The notes beneath the pieces were generated by a model, which did no database searches, was not told the origin of the DNA, and worked only from the letters and a program-made list of their open reading frames with translations. Below, one piece after another: positions 38,839 through 52,063 of a DNA stretch of 64,000 nucleotides (positions are counted from its first letter, which is position 1; each line of letters opens with the position of its first letter). A program made the translations under genes and the position numbers. Source of the DNA: Eledone cirrhosa (taxonomy: Eukaryota); NCBI GenBank assembly GCA_964016885.1, contig OZ024750.1:15810001-15874000 (forward strand), read 5' to 3'.

Positions 38839-41800
38839 TCAGAGGCGTGAGTAACGTCCAATAAAATTACAACAATTTGGGCAAGTGTGGACGATGTCTT
38901 TAGTGGTATCCATGCAGAATGGGATTAAACAACAGCCAAAAATACAACTGAAAAACAAAAGAAAAAAAAACAACAATAAGATTTAAAATTAAACATTAAA
39001 TATGATGATCATCATCATTGCCATCATTTAACAGGTTTTCCTTCAACTTATTGTAGCAACATGACAGATTAGAAATCCACCGTGTGTGTATGTGTATGTT
39101 TGTGTGCAAATTTTAAAGAGTTACAGACGCCCACCACACACACACACACACACACATATATAAGAGAGAGAGAGAAAAGGAGGAGAGCTATGTTTTAAAT
39201 CAATTAAAGTGAAACTTTGTCAGTGACCAGGTCACAAACAGTGTCATGAAAATTTTGCCACCAAGAATTAAATGATAAATACTAACTGAATTTAACAGGT
39301 CACAGAGAGTATGTTAAATATTTTACCACCAGAATCAAATGATAAATATAAAGTGAATTTAACAGCTTTTGTATGTTTTTGAATGGCCAAAATTGTAGTT
39401 TGTACTTACCCAAAGAAACTGAGAAGAAGACATATGACCCAGCTGAGGTTGCCAGTCTCATAGTGGGTACTTGTCATGATGTCAGCGTTACACTTGGGAC
39501 AATGGGTTCGGACAGACGACTCACCAAAGTGAATGATCTGCGTGTGTGGCTGGATGACAAGAGTTGTGGAGTGCTGAAGCACTGCAATGAAACAACAGTA
39601 GCAGCAACTGAGTAATTAGAAATTTGGTTGAGAAGTTGGGACATCAAGAGGACTAACACATGAGGGCTAATGTTTGATTAATGGATAGAGGGTTAACGCA
39701 TGACTAATGGATAGTGGGTTAACATTTGACTAATGGATAGTGGGTTAACATTTGACTAATGGATAGTGGGTTAACATTTGACTAATGGATAGTGGGTTAA
39801 CATTTGACTAATAGATAGTGGGTTAACATTTGACTAATAGATAGTGGGTTAACATTTGACTAATAGATAGTGGGTTAACATTTGACTAATGGATACAGAG
39901 TTAACATTTCACAAATGAATAGTGGACAATATTTGACTAATGGATAGTGGGTTAACATTTGACTGATGAATAGAGAGGACTAGGATTTGACAAAGGTTTT
40001 ATATAAACTTATTATGAAAGGATTTTGAAATAATTTTCAAAATAATCAAGAATCTGGAGGGTTTTAATAATATAATTTTCTCATTAAGTTGGTGTTGGAA
40101 CAAAGTTTTTTACATAAAATTACGAGAGAAAGCTTTTAGATAGATATAAACAATTTAACCCTTTTGTTATATTTTTAATGAAAAACAGTCTATGGTTTTC
40201 AAATAATTTTGAAAATAATCAAGAATTTGAAAGGATTTAGTAATATAATTAACTTTCTCATTATTAAATTGGTGTTTGGAACAACAAATTATGACGTAAG
40301 GTTTTTAGAGAATTAAAAACACTTTAAAATAAACTGTTCTGTATTGAAGAACCAGAGATGGTTTCAGGTAGTTTGGTATTAAAAGAGTTAAATAAGGTAA
40401 TTTTAGACACACTACGTTCTAAAATAGAAATAAAGAAAAATTATTCTAGTTCAGGAGCAGATGGGATTTAAGCTGTCAAGTTCTCAGCTATTATTCCATG
40501 AGATAAGGAATAATAAATCGCAAGACAACAATGCTTCTAGATTCCTCAGATAGTAACCAGGTCACTGATTCATAAATCTATTAAGAATTTAACCAATAAA
40601 AAATTATTCTTTAAATAAATGGTAAATAATGTGTAGAAGCTGAACTGAGTAAATATAGGAAACTGAAAAAAGAAAACAGCTCACGAAGAGAGAAAATACA
40701 GCAAGAATAATGGTATTATTTGAAGAATGGTATTATGGATTGAAGTTCTAAAAATACATTTATAATGGAAGCAAGTTAGAATTTGATGAAGAAAGAATTC
40801 TGGAAAGAATGGTGAAACTATTTTGAGCCCTTTGTAGAGAAAAAAAAATAATGGAAAGATGGTAATATAAAATGTTTATTTCTTTCAATAATAAATAAGA
40901 CATGACTAACATTGGAGTAATAAATATAGGGCTAAGACTTGAGTGTTGAAAAGTGAACTAACATTTGACAAATGAATAGAAGGCTAACATTTGATGAAAA
41001 GTGGGCTAACATTAGACTGGTGAATATGGAGCCAACATTTGTTTGATGAATAGTGGGCTAACAGACTAATAGGTACACGCCTAACATTTGTTTGATGAAT
41101 AGTGGGCTAACAGACTAATAGGTACATGGCTAACATTTGTTTGATGAATAGTGGGCTAACATTAGACTAATAGGTACATGCCTAACGTGTTTGATGAATA
41201 GTGGGCTAACAGACTAATAGGTACATGGCTAACATTTGTTTGATGAATAGTGGGCTAACATTAGACTCGGTGAATACAAAGCCAACATTTGTTTGATGAA
41301 TAGTGGGCTAACATTAGACTAATAGGTACATGGCTAATATTTAACTAATGGATAACGGATCAACATTTGACTGATAAGTTGTTTGCGGTTTAATGAGCAA
41401 GATAGAATTGAATTTGATAATAAAATGAGAGGAGGGGTCAGAAGAAGGAGAAGTGAAAAAAAGAGAAATAAATAAAATGGTACACTTACTATGCGGTGGT
41501 GTTGGTACCGGGCCATAGCCTAGAAATAAGACATATTTTTAATACAGTGATATTTCACATAATTAATATAAACATCCTGTAAAGAATAAGCAGGAAATAT
41601 CTAAAAACATGTTTGGACAGATCATTGTGAAAAAGCTTTATTTTTTTAATGTGATGTAGTCATGGTGTTCATCATCATCATTTCATCATTTTACGTCCGC
41701 TTTTCCCTGCTTGCAAGGGTGGGACGGGTCTTATTCAGCACAGCATCTCTCCACTCGTCACGGTCCTTCGTCATCTCCACCGTGAGCTTCAATGATCTGA

Positions 41801-44800
41801 GGTCTGTTCTCACCACCTCCGCCCATGTTTTTCGTGGTCTACCTCTACCACGTCTTCCTTCAACTGGCATTTCCTGGCACTTCTTCACCCATCGGTCATC
41901 CTCCATGCGCATCACATGTCCATACCACCTCAGTCTCCTCTCCCGTACACTACATTCTATCCCTCTCAGACACAGTTTCTCTCTCAACACATTTATGCTG
42001 GGTCGTTCACGCACATTTACACTGCACATCCAACGGAGCATGCTTGCCTCATTTCTCTCCAGCCGTCGCATATCCTCTGCGGTTGCTGCCCATGTCTCAC
42101 TACCATGCAGCATCGCGCTCCTCACACAGGCATCATACAACCGGCCTTTCGTACGCAGGGAGAAACCCTTCTTCGTCAACAGAGGAAGCAGCTCCCTAAA
42201 CTTCTTCCAACCCGGTGTTGTTTTATAATTTTCAACATTGTCTTACTAATATGGTTTCATGTAGTTTAATTCAAATTTTTACAGTATTTTTACTAGCAGA
42301 CAGGCTGTTGTGAAAATGTGCAGTATTTAGAGCAGTGATTCCCAACATGGGACGCACACCCCACAGGGGGGCAATTTGAATATAATGGGGGGACAATTTG
42401 AAAGTGATATAACTTGACCAAACTTCCATAATAATAATAAAAACACTTTGTAGCATACATCAAGCATAAGGATCTCACTAAATGACTAACTTGCATTGTT
42501 TTAATTTATGTTCAGTGAGTTAAGTTGAACTTAATTTGGAAGAAAAAATTGTTTGCCTAATTTTTAGCTTTGTTTAATTAAAGGATTTCTACTTTATATT
42601 ACAGTAATTACACTTTTACAAAACTCAGTTTATTTTTATATCAAAAGGGGACATAAACATTATTTAGATGTTGAGGTGAAGCATGGAGCAAAAAAGGTTG
42701 GGAACCACTATTTTAGAGTAAAGACTTTAATATTTAATGTGATGCAGTTACAGTACTGTTTAGTATTTTTTCAAGAATGTTTTGCTAATGCAAAATCAGA
42801 GACAAACATTTTTATAACAAATAAATTTTCAGTGCATAAACTTCTTCAAACCTGCAACACAGCAAACAAACAAAAAAAAAATTGTGGAAAAAAACAAAAC
42901 ATGTGCCACTTATAGCTCTAAATCACAAAATATTTATTTATGCTACTATTGTTACTACAACTACTACTGCAGGAGACATAAAAAGGATTTGTAGTGGACA
43001 CAACAAACATGGTAGTGGGAGGGATGACATTTGTTTATAAGGTTTTTGGTGAACTTTGCTTAGAATGAACAGAAAATAGTGATGTGCATGGATGAAATAA
43101 TTACAGACTCTCTTCCTCTCTCTCACTCACTCTTTACAACTACAATATATATAACAGGTAAAGGATGACTAACAGGGATAAGTGATATAATAGGGTTTTA
43201 TTCCAAGCATTAACATATGTTTCATCGCTTAATATGCGATTAATTATGTCTTGAAATCGCTATCATCAATAGTTGATTGGTTATTGCGAAATTCGATTTT
43301 AAGTCTGGAAAATGTAGAATATGTATATATATGTATGTATATATAAAGATGTAGAATATGTATATATATAGGAACGATCGACTTTCGTCAAATCGGACCG
43401 AGGGAACAAGGTTTCCGTTGGTCTTTCCAATTGCTAATACTATCTATCGGTCGCAACTCCAGGTAGAAGGAGCAACGTGAAATAAAGTGTCTTGCTCAAG
43501 GACATAACGCGTCGCCTGGTCCAGGAATCGAACTCACAACCTCACGATTGCGAATCCAATTCTCTAACCACTCAGCCACACGCCTTCACTAAATGTATAT
43601 ATATGTATGTATATATAAAGATGTAGAATATGTATATATATGTATGTATATATAAAGATGTAGAATATGTATATATATGTATGTATATATAAAGATGTAG
43701 AATATGTATATATATGTATGTATATATAAAGATGTAGAATATGTATATATATGTATGTATATATAAAGATGTAGAATATGTATATATATGTATGTATATA
43801 TAAAGATGTAGAATATGTATATACATGTATGTATATATAAAGATGTAGAATATGTATATACATGTATGTATATATAAAGATGTAGAATATGTATATATAT
43901 GTATGTATATATAAAGATGTAGAATATGTATATATATGTATGTATATATAAAGATGTAGAATATGTATATATATGTATGTATATATAAAGATGTAGAATA
44001 TGTATATACATGTATGTATATATAAAGATGTAGAATATGTATATATATGTATGTATGTATATATAAAGATGTAGAATATGTATATACATGTATGTATATA
44101 TAAACTGTGAGGACAGTGGATTGAATCACGTCTATTGCGGTTTGTAGTTTAAGAACGAGTAAGGTTCTATACAAAACAGGTTTATATATATATGTTATCA
44201 TCATCATCATCATTTCATTTTACGTCTGCTTTTCCCTGCTTGCAAGGGTGGGACGGGAACTGATTCTGGCTTGATTTCTACAGTTGGATGCCCTTCCTAA
44301 CACCAACCTCATTTACAGTGAGTGCTGGGTGCTTTTTTGCCGTGGCGCCTCCACGACCACTTTGCAGTGGAATGATATGGACCCCAGTCCCTATCATCTC
44401 ATTTCTACAGCTGAGTAAACTGGAGCAATGTGAAATAAAGTGTCTTGCTCAAGGAAACAACACATCACCCGGTCTGAGAATTGAACTCACAACCTTTCGA
44501 TTGCAAGGCCAATGCTCTAACCACTAAGTCATGTGCCTCCAATGTTATATTTTGAATTCATGCTAATAAAGTCTCCAAGGATTTTATTTCAAATTATGTA
44601 ACTGTTAAGTAGGTTAGCATAAACTGAAAATTCATAACCGGCTCAACAGTTTTCAAAATAGATTGTTTATATGTATATCTGTGTGTATGAATATATATTT
44701 GTGTGTGTGTAATTCTGGATGAACTATAAAGCAACAACACTTGACTACCAATAGTAGTATTTAATATCAACCAATGGGAGGAAACATGCTATGTGATAGG

Positions 44801-47286
44801 GCCTCTTTCTTCAAGACGTTTTGTAATTAGCAGACATGGGTCTATGAGTTCATACAAAGTCTGAAATTTAAGGCCAGAATTTGGGTGAAAATGGTTTGTA
44901 GTTTACACAGCTAAACTACAGTGATGTTCAGGATAGGACTGGAAAGGTAAGCGATCTTATGTTACCCACCTACAGAGTGGGTCACATATACACATAATTA
45001 GTGACAGAATCTGGCATGCACAAATGACTTACCTGGAGGAGGTGCCCAAGCTGTTAGGTAATAAATTAGTTAGGTTTGCATTAATTTGGGTTAGACTAAC
45101 AACAAAATAATCAATCTAGAAATTCATGCAAGAATGCCAAGAAAGCAAAGAGAATGTCATTATCATGACCAATCAGCAACCAGGATGCCATTAACTTGAC
45201 CAATCAACAAAGAGGTCCACACTCATTGTCATAGGAAAGGAGCCAATTATTAAACTGGACCAAGGAAATAATATTTCCATTAGTTTTTCTATTGTTGATA
45301 CTATCTGTTGGTCATAGCCCATGGCTGGAGAGAGAGAGAGAGAGAGAGTGTGTGTGTGTGTGTATTAGGTATGTATACACATGCATGTCTTTATGTATAT
45401 ATGTGTGTGTGTGTGTGTGTACATACTAGATATGTATATACATGCATGTGTGTGTGTATACAGTATGTGTGAGTGTGTAGGCATGCTCAGATTTTCTATT
45501 TTCCAGTCCAGGATTATTCTTTCCGATTTGGGTTTCCCTTATTGTTTTTGTTTTCATTTTAAGCCTCTTATCTATTGTCTTTAAAGGGTTTTATTTCCCC
45601 TATATTTTATAGAACTGGTTTGGGGGTTAACGGAAGAGTACTAAAATAACATCATGCATGGCTTAAACAATTCTGTGGTTGATCAACCAGCTATAAATAG
45701 CAGCCAAATCTCCTTCAAATTATGTTCTATCATCATCATTGTTTAATGTTTGTTTTCCCAACTAACAGCTTTGATGAGCTGGAAGCCTGCATCTTGTTTA
45801 CATACAATGGTTTATGTATGTGTAACATGCAACAGTTAGATGATGTGTGTGTGTATGCGTGTGTGTCACATAAATGGATGATTAAGTAGTTGGTATGAGA
45901 TGTGACAGTAAGGCCTGTTACAGTGAGGTCATGATACAGTTAGGTACTCTGTGTTATAATCATGTCTATGTTACAGTGAGGTCATGTTACAATGATGTCT
46001 ATGTTACAGTGAGGTCATGTTACAATGATGTCTATGTTACAGTGAGGTACGCCGTTACAGTAAGGTATGTTACAGTGATGTCTATGTTTCAGTGAGGTCT
46101 ATGTTTCAGTGAGGTCTATGTTTCAGTGAGGTCTGTGTTTCAGTAAGGTCTGTGTTAGTTAGGTCATGTTACAGTTAGGTACTCTGTGTTACACATAAAT
46201 GGAAGGAGAAAAGACTTACCATGAGGAGGAGGAGGGGGTTGTATCCAAGCTGAAAGACAGGAATTGGAAGAAAGATTGATGTCATTAGAGTGGAGTTGAA
46301 GAATTTTGGTAAAATCCATTGGGAAAAAAGTACATGCATTAGAAATAAAGATAATACTGAAATAATATTTCAACCCTTCCAACACCAAAATACTAGAAGC
46401 CGCCTCTGGTTCGATGATACAAAATTGTTTGTTTTAGAATGTTTATCATCATCATTGTTTAACATCTACTTTCTCTGCTAGCAAGGGTTGGATCAGTCTT
46501 TGCAGCACTGAAGTGGGGGCCACTGACCAAGTCAGGATGGGGGCTCGCATCCCTCTTACATATGGTTCCACCTTCTACTGAGTGCAACTTATTGTGGTAC
46601 CAGTACTAGAGAAGTTGTTATGTCTTTGACACAACTGAAGGGTCCTCCCAGCCCTTTGTTTGGCAAGCTTTCTATAACTCAATGCCCTTCCTAACACCAA
46701 CCACTTTATGTACAGGATGCATTTATTGTATAGATCATCAGCATTAGGGAGGCTGTTATATCTTTGACACACCTGAAGGGTCCTCCCAACCCTTTGTTTG
46801 ACACAAGCTTTTTATGACTGGATGCTCTTCCTATCACCAACCACTTTGCAGCATGTACTCAGTGTGTTTATAATGTATCTCACCAGCACTAAAGAGGTTG
46901 TGGTGCCATTGACACAATTTGAACACTTTTAGGTATGGATTCTATAGCAAGGTGCCCTTCTTATTGCCAACCACCTTACAGGGTGCACTGAATGCATTTT
47001 TGTGACATCATCACTAGAGAGATTATAAGTCATTGTCCCAACCCAGCAGAGCCTTCTCTGCTCTGTGGGGGGTTTGGGGTGGGGGCAAGAGAAGTTATGA
47101 GAAGTGTGGTGTGATTTGACAGGGAAAAAAGTGACCGATAGATTAGTGGTAGTGAGAATACTTACATGGGGGTAGTGGTGGGAAATGTGAAGGATGTGGT
47201 CAAAAGCACATGGGGAGGGGGAGTTTAGTGATGGAGAAAATAGCTGAAGAGTGGTAGTGAAGAGAGTGCACAGGTGTGTGTGTGTG

Positions 47287-47324
<38 letters not shown>

Positions 47325-50300
47325 AGGTTTCCTCAAAAAATGTATACACACTTTGATTACCTGTACAGGCAAATGCTGTTTAAGTGTGTATACATTGGGG
47401 GGGGGGGGGGATTCTGTGTATATATATATATATATATATAAACCTTCCATACAAACACCAGCAAGTTAGTTATATTACTAAATTCCTTCAAATTCTTCAA
47501 TATTTTCAAAATCATTTGAAAACCATAGACAGCATCTTTCATGTAAAATTTGGTAATGAAACAATTAAAGTGTTTACATTTATGTAACAAACTTTCCATC
47601 GTAATTTTATGTAAGAACCTTTAACCCTTTAGCATTCATATTACTCTGTCAAATGTCATGTTTATCTATTCAGATTATTTTCAGTTAATCAACTTTATTT
47701 GTTAGTAATTTTGTTAATTTTCTATGTGCAGACTTGAAATTTTGTCAGTAGATGTTTAAATCTTAATAATAATATCAATAATTTACAATTATCTATTTTA
47801 ACCTGAATTTTTTTTATTTTTTTTTGTTAAATTTGACTTTTATGGGCAGGTGAAATTAATTAACAAGTGTAAAAGTAATGACTTTATGGATAAATACAAA
47901 AAGTTAAACTTTATGTGCATTACTTGTTAGGTTTGTTACAAAAATTATCCAACAATGACCTAGATGTTGACTTCCAGCAATTTTAGCACTTGTCCGAATT
48001 TAAAATAACAGGAAAAATATGTAATTTTATGTTTATAACCTGATTTGTACGGGTCCTTAACTCCTGATAGAGTCCTAGAGGCGCCGTATTGACATACGCC
48101 GTTTCTTGAGCATTTTAAGCCTGGCAGAGCCCACCCCTCTCCAGGACTGAGTACAGCAGATTTCTTACAGAGAAAGACAGAAAGTGAGAGAGAGATGAAA
48201 CGAGAAAGAAATATAGAGGAAAAATCAACCCCGGTAGGATGAAAGGGGTCAAAGTTGACCATGGCAGATTTTGAACTGAGAGTGCAGAGAGCCAGAACAA
48301 ATACCACAAGGCATTCTATCCGACGTTCTAACAACACTGCCAATTCACCGCCACATAACCTGATCTAAGTCTTTATTATAATAGCTAGCATTTGGGTTAA
48401 ACATTTCCTCATTAGCTGACAAATTAGATATTTTATTAGAAATATTATTGAGTTATACTATGCTAATTAGAGAGTCTGTGTATATATGAGTTTGATTCCT
48501 GGCAGCATGTTGTGTCCTTGAGCAAGACACTTTATTTCATATTGCTCCAGTCCACTCAGCTCGTAAATCGTAAAAATAAGTTTTATTTTAATTCAAAGGG
48601 CCAGCTTTGTCACATTCTGCGTCACGCTGAATCTCCCTGAGAACTACATTAATGGCATGCATGTCTGTGGAATGCTCAGCCACTTGCACGCTAATTTCAC
48701 AAACAGGCTGTTCCATTGATTGGATGAACTGGAACACTCGTCGTCATAACCGACAGAGTACCAATCAGTATATAGGGAAAGCATTCATCAGGTTTATATA
48801 TATATACAGATATATGTGTGTAAATATAAAGTGTGTATACACTTTGGGGGGGCGGAGGACACTGTGTATTTACATATATATATGTGTGTGTGTGTGTGTG
48901 TAAATATAAAGGAAATATAGCTGAAATAATAATTACCTTGACTACCAGGAGGCGGTGGTTGTCCATATTCTGAAATAGATTAAAATATGATTCATCATCA
49001 TTCATCATTTTTTACGTCCGCTTTTCGCTGCTTGCAAGGGTGGGACGGGAACTGATTCTGGCTTGATTTCTACAGTCGGATGCCCTTCCTAACACCAACC
49101 CCATTTACAGTGAGTGCTGGGTGCTTTTTTGACGTGGCACCTCCACGACCACTTTGCAGTGTGGGCTGGGTTCTTTTTTGCCGTGGCACCTCCACGACCA
49201 CTTTGCAGTGGAATGATAGGGACTCCAGTCCCTATCATCTCATTTCTACAGCTGAGTAAACTGGAGCAATGTGAAATAAAATGTTTTGCTCAAGGAAACA
49301 ACACATCACCCAGTCTGAGAATTGAACTCACAACCTTTCGATTGCAAGCCCAATGATCTAACCACTAAGCAATGTGCCTCCATGGTAATATATATATATC
49401 ATCATCGCTGTTTAACGGTCATTTTTCCACGCTAGCATGGAATGGATGTGTTGTCCTTTTGAGACAAGCCAGATCAGATTGTCTTGCTCATTACAGAACT
49501 GATTTTTGCTTGGCTTCTACAGCTGTTTTCCCTCCCTAACGCTAACAACATTTACAGTGTGTACTGGGTGTTTTTTGTCATGACACCTACATGACAACTT
49601 TACAGTGTGTACTGGGTGTTTTTTGTCATGACACCTACATGACAACTTTACAGTGTGTACTGGGTGTTTTTTGTCATGACACCTACATGACAACTTTACA
49701 GTGTGTACTGGGTGTTTTTTGTCATGACACCTACATGACAACTTTACAGTGTGTACTGGGTGCTTTTTGTCATGACACCTACATGACAACTTTACAGTGT
49801 GTACTGGGTGTTTTTTGTCATGACACCTACATGACAACTTTACAGTGTGTACTGGGTGCTTTTTGTCATGACACCTACATGACAACTTTACAGTGTGTAC
49901 TGGGTGCTTTTTGTCATGACACCTACATGACAACTTTACAGTGTGTACTGGGTGCTTTTTGTCATGACACCTACATGACAACTTTACAGCGTGTACTGGG
50001 TGCTTTTTGTCATGACACCTACACGACAACTTTACAGTGTATACTGGGTGCTTTTTGTCATGACACCTACATAACTTTACAGTGTGGACTGGGTGCTTTT
50101 TGTCATGACACCTACATGACAACTTTACAGTGTGGACTGAGGGCTGACATGGGGGAGGTGTGCAAGGATTGGAGAGGTAGATCTAAGTGGGTGAGGAACT
50201 TATCTGGAGAAGAGTGGAGTGTTAGGAAGTGGAATGTGTATGGAAGGGGAGGGAGGGGAAGGTTCTGCATACTAGATGTATGTTTCACTCTACACACGTG

Positions 50301-51701
50301 GGAAGGCCAGTCCTGTGTCACCTTTGAAGGGTGCAATTGTGCAAAGGTCAGTTTTTATCACTTCATCCAAATGCTTTCATCAACTTTGAGTGCCCTGCAT
50401 TTTTTTATGCAGCTGTCATCCTTTATACGCATCACACCACCACAATCTCCTCTCCTGCACATTTGTGTGCCAGACAGATAAAGAAAACAATACCATCGTC
50501 ATTATATAAATTGATGGTATATTTGGTTGTCATGACAGTCACTTGAGATTGTATCAATCAATACTATAAACACATCTGTAAGTGTTGTCATTGTTAATAC
50601 TTTAACAAGATTGTTAGTCATGTTGATCTTATGTTGAATGTACAATTCATGTCAAGGGAATAAGGACCAACAAAGGCACAAAGCTGTTGATATATTTAGT
50701 TTTAGCCATGGAATACTACAAAACCATGTGAACATAGTTTTGTAGTATTACATGGTTACCACAGTTATTATGGATAAATTTATACAAGTTTGACAGTCAA
50801 AACTACTAACCAACTTTGCTATTTCCATAAATTCCTTCTAAATACACAATAAGAAATAATGGTTCTTTCCTAAATGCAAGCTGACCCTGTGGAAATTATA
50901 CAGTTTAATTAGAAACAATCACCAAGTTTTAAAGACCTTATGACATTTTAAGCATTTTATTTAGAAGTTATATATACACACACACAGTACTTGAATACAT
51001 ATAAACAATACAATAAAATAAAGTTTATTATTATTACTATATATATATATATATAAATCATCATTGTCATCTTTTAACATCCCCCTTCCCTGCTAGCAAG
51101 AATTAGATGGGTTTTTGTCATGTCCTTGACACAACTGAAAAGTCCTTCCAACACACACACACAATATATGCAGTATTTAATTATATATATATACAACACA
51201 ACAAAATAAATTGAATAAATTAAACAAATGACCGAAGTTACCAAAATGGAATACTTGACTGGCATATAATTTGACGATAAACTATATTTTTTGTGTAGAG
51301 TGTAGATTTAATAAAAAAATTTGCAACCTCTTTTTCTCTCATGCCCCCCCTCCCCCCTCCACATACACACACAAAAACAGAGTAATATGTATATATATAT
51401 TTATGCACACTAACATACACACACACACAGTAACACACAACCACACACAAACTCATAATATACACACACACACATACATACTCTCGAGAAAGACATGATA
51501 TGTAAAGGGTTTAGTCTCACCTGGTGGATGCATCATAGGCTGAGGAGGGGGAGCTTGTAAATCTCCAGCAGGGGCAGTGGGATAAGGGGGTGCTTGTGGG
51601 TAGTACACTGCTCCCGGCGCAGAAGGTTGTATTCCACATTTTTCAGGGAGAGGGTAGGCTGCTCCAGGTGCCCCAGGGTATGGAGGAGGTGGGTCGCTCA
51701 T
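38839..51701 (-). CDS. LITAF: LITAF/CDIP1-family zinc-binding membrane protein, about 190 aa. Exons 51521-51701, 48937-48969, 46220-46249, 45033-45050, 41490-41519, 39410-39581, 38839-38947
   Basis: N-terminal PPPY, PSAP, APPY and PTAP motifs. C-terminal LITAF domain: CPKC...[41 protein letters not shown]...GRYSRL*. In-frame stop just upstream of the ATG; an acceptor at 51725/51726 implies an upstream 5' UTR exon. Confidence 0.9.
39670..39975. repeat. 26-bp minisatellite
   Basis: Unit aacatttgactaatggatagtgggtt; a related, roughly dimeric array lies at 40950-41345. Confidence 0.85.
40155..40391. mobile_element. Second TTAA-flanked MITE family
   Basis: ttaacccttttgtta...tattaaaagagttaa; related copies at about 54038-54434 and 52079-52180. 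Confidence 0.6.
41669..42213 (-). mobile_element. RTE LINE 3' fragment with open frame (young copy)
   Basis: ORF 41691-42179: [20 protein letters not shown]...[11 protein letters not shown]...GRPRKTW. Confidence 0.92.
42333..42710. mobile_element. hAT (Charlie-like) MITE
   Basis: TIRs CAGTGATTCCCAAC / GTTGGGAACCACTA; 8-bp TSD atttagag / ttttagag. Confidence 0.8.
43593..44104. repeat. 37-bp AT-rich minisatellite
   Basis: Unit atgtatatatatgtatgtatatataaagatgtagaat; about 1.5 further units at 43312-43370. Confidence 0.9.
49548..50138. repeat. Minisatellite (48-bp unit, about 12 copies) in the same SINE-like family as 24575-25111
   Basis: Unit actttacagtgtgtactgggtgttttttgtcatgacacctacatgaca. 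Confidence 0.9.
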
Positions 51702-51836
51702 GATGATTTAAGTCTCCCTTTCAATCTGAAGAACAACAAAAATAGTAATTTAATATCACAAATTAAAACAACAACAATGACGGCAGTATAGCAATGTTTT
51801 CATTGTAACAGTATGCTATATGGAACAAGCCACTCC

Positions 51837-52063
51837 TTAACCCTTTAGCATTTACATTACTCTATATATATTATTATATTACTACTAAAGGTTTTACCTC
51901 ACATAATTATCTCATATAATATTTAATCTATGAGATTTTGATATTATTTATTTTGGGGAAAATACCTTAACATCAGTATGAGCAGCCAGTTAAAGCCAGT
52001 TTGAACAGACAGAGGTGAGAGAATTCTGGCCGGATATGGCCAGTTTAAATGCTAAAGGGTTAA
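51837..52063. mobile_element. piggyBac-like MITE
   Basis: Same TIRs and TTAA flanks; deleted or truncated copies at 20327-20412 and 58040-58238. Confidence 0.8.

Noticed and set aside
42938-42975. Acceptor-like ctcctgcag followed by VVVVVTIVA* in a LITAF intron
   Set aside because: Short (TAG)n repeat with no donor; no support as an exon.
47166-47243. Possible extra LITAF exon (AG...GTAAGT on the minus strand)
   Set aside because: Contains a stop in the required phase-1 frame and does not resemble the Pro-rich exons.
49548-50138. CRISPR-like regular repeats (also 24575-25111 and 27803-28448)
   Set aside because: Units are contiguous with no unique spacers, there are no cas genes, and the context is eukaryotic introns.
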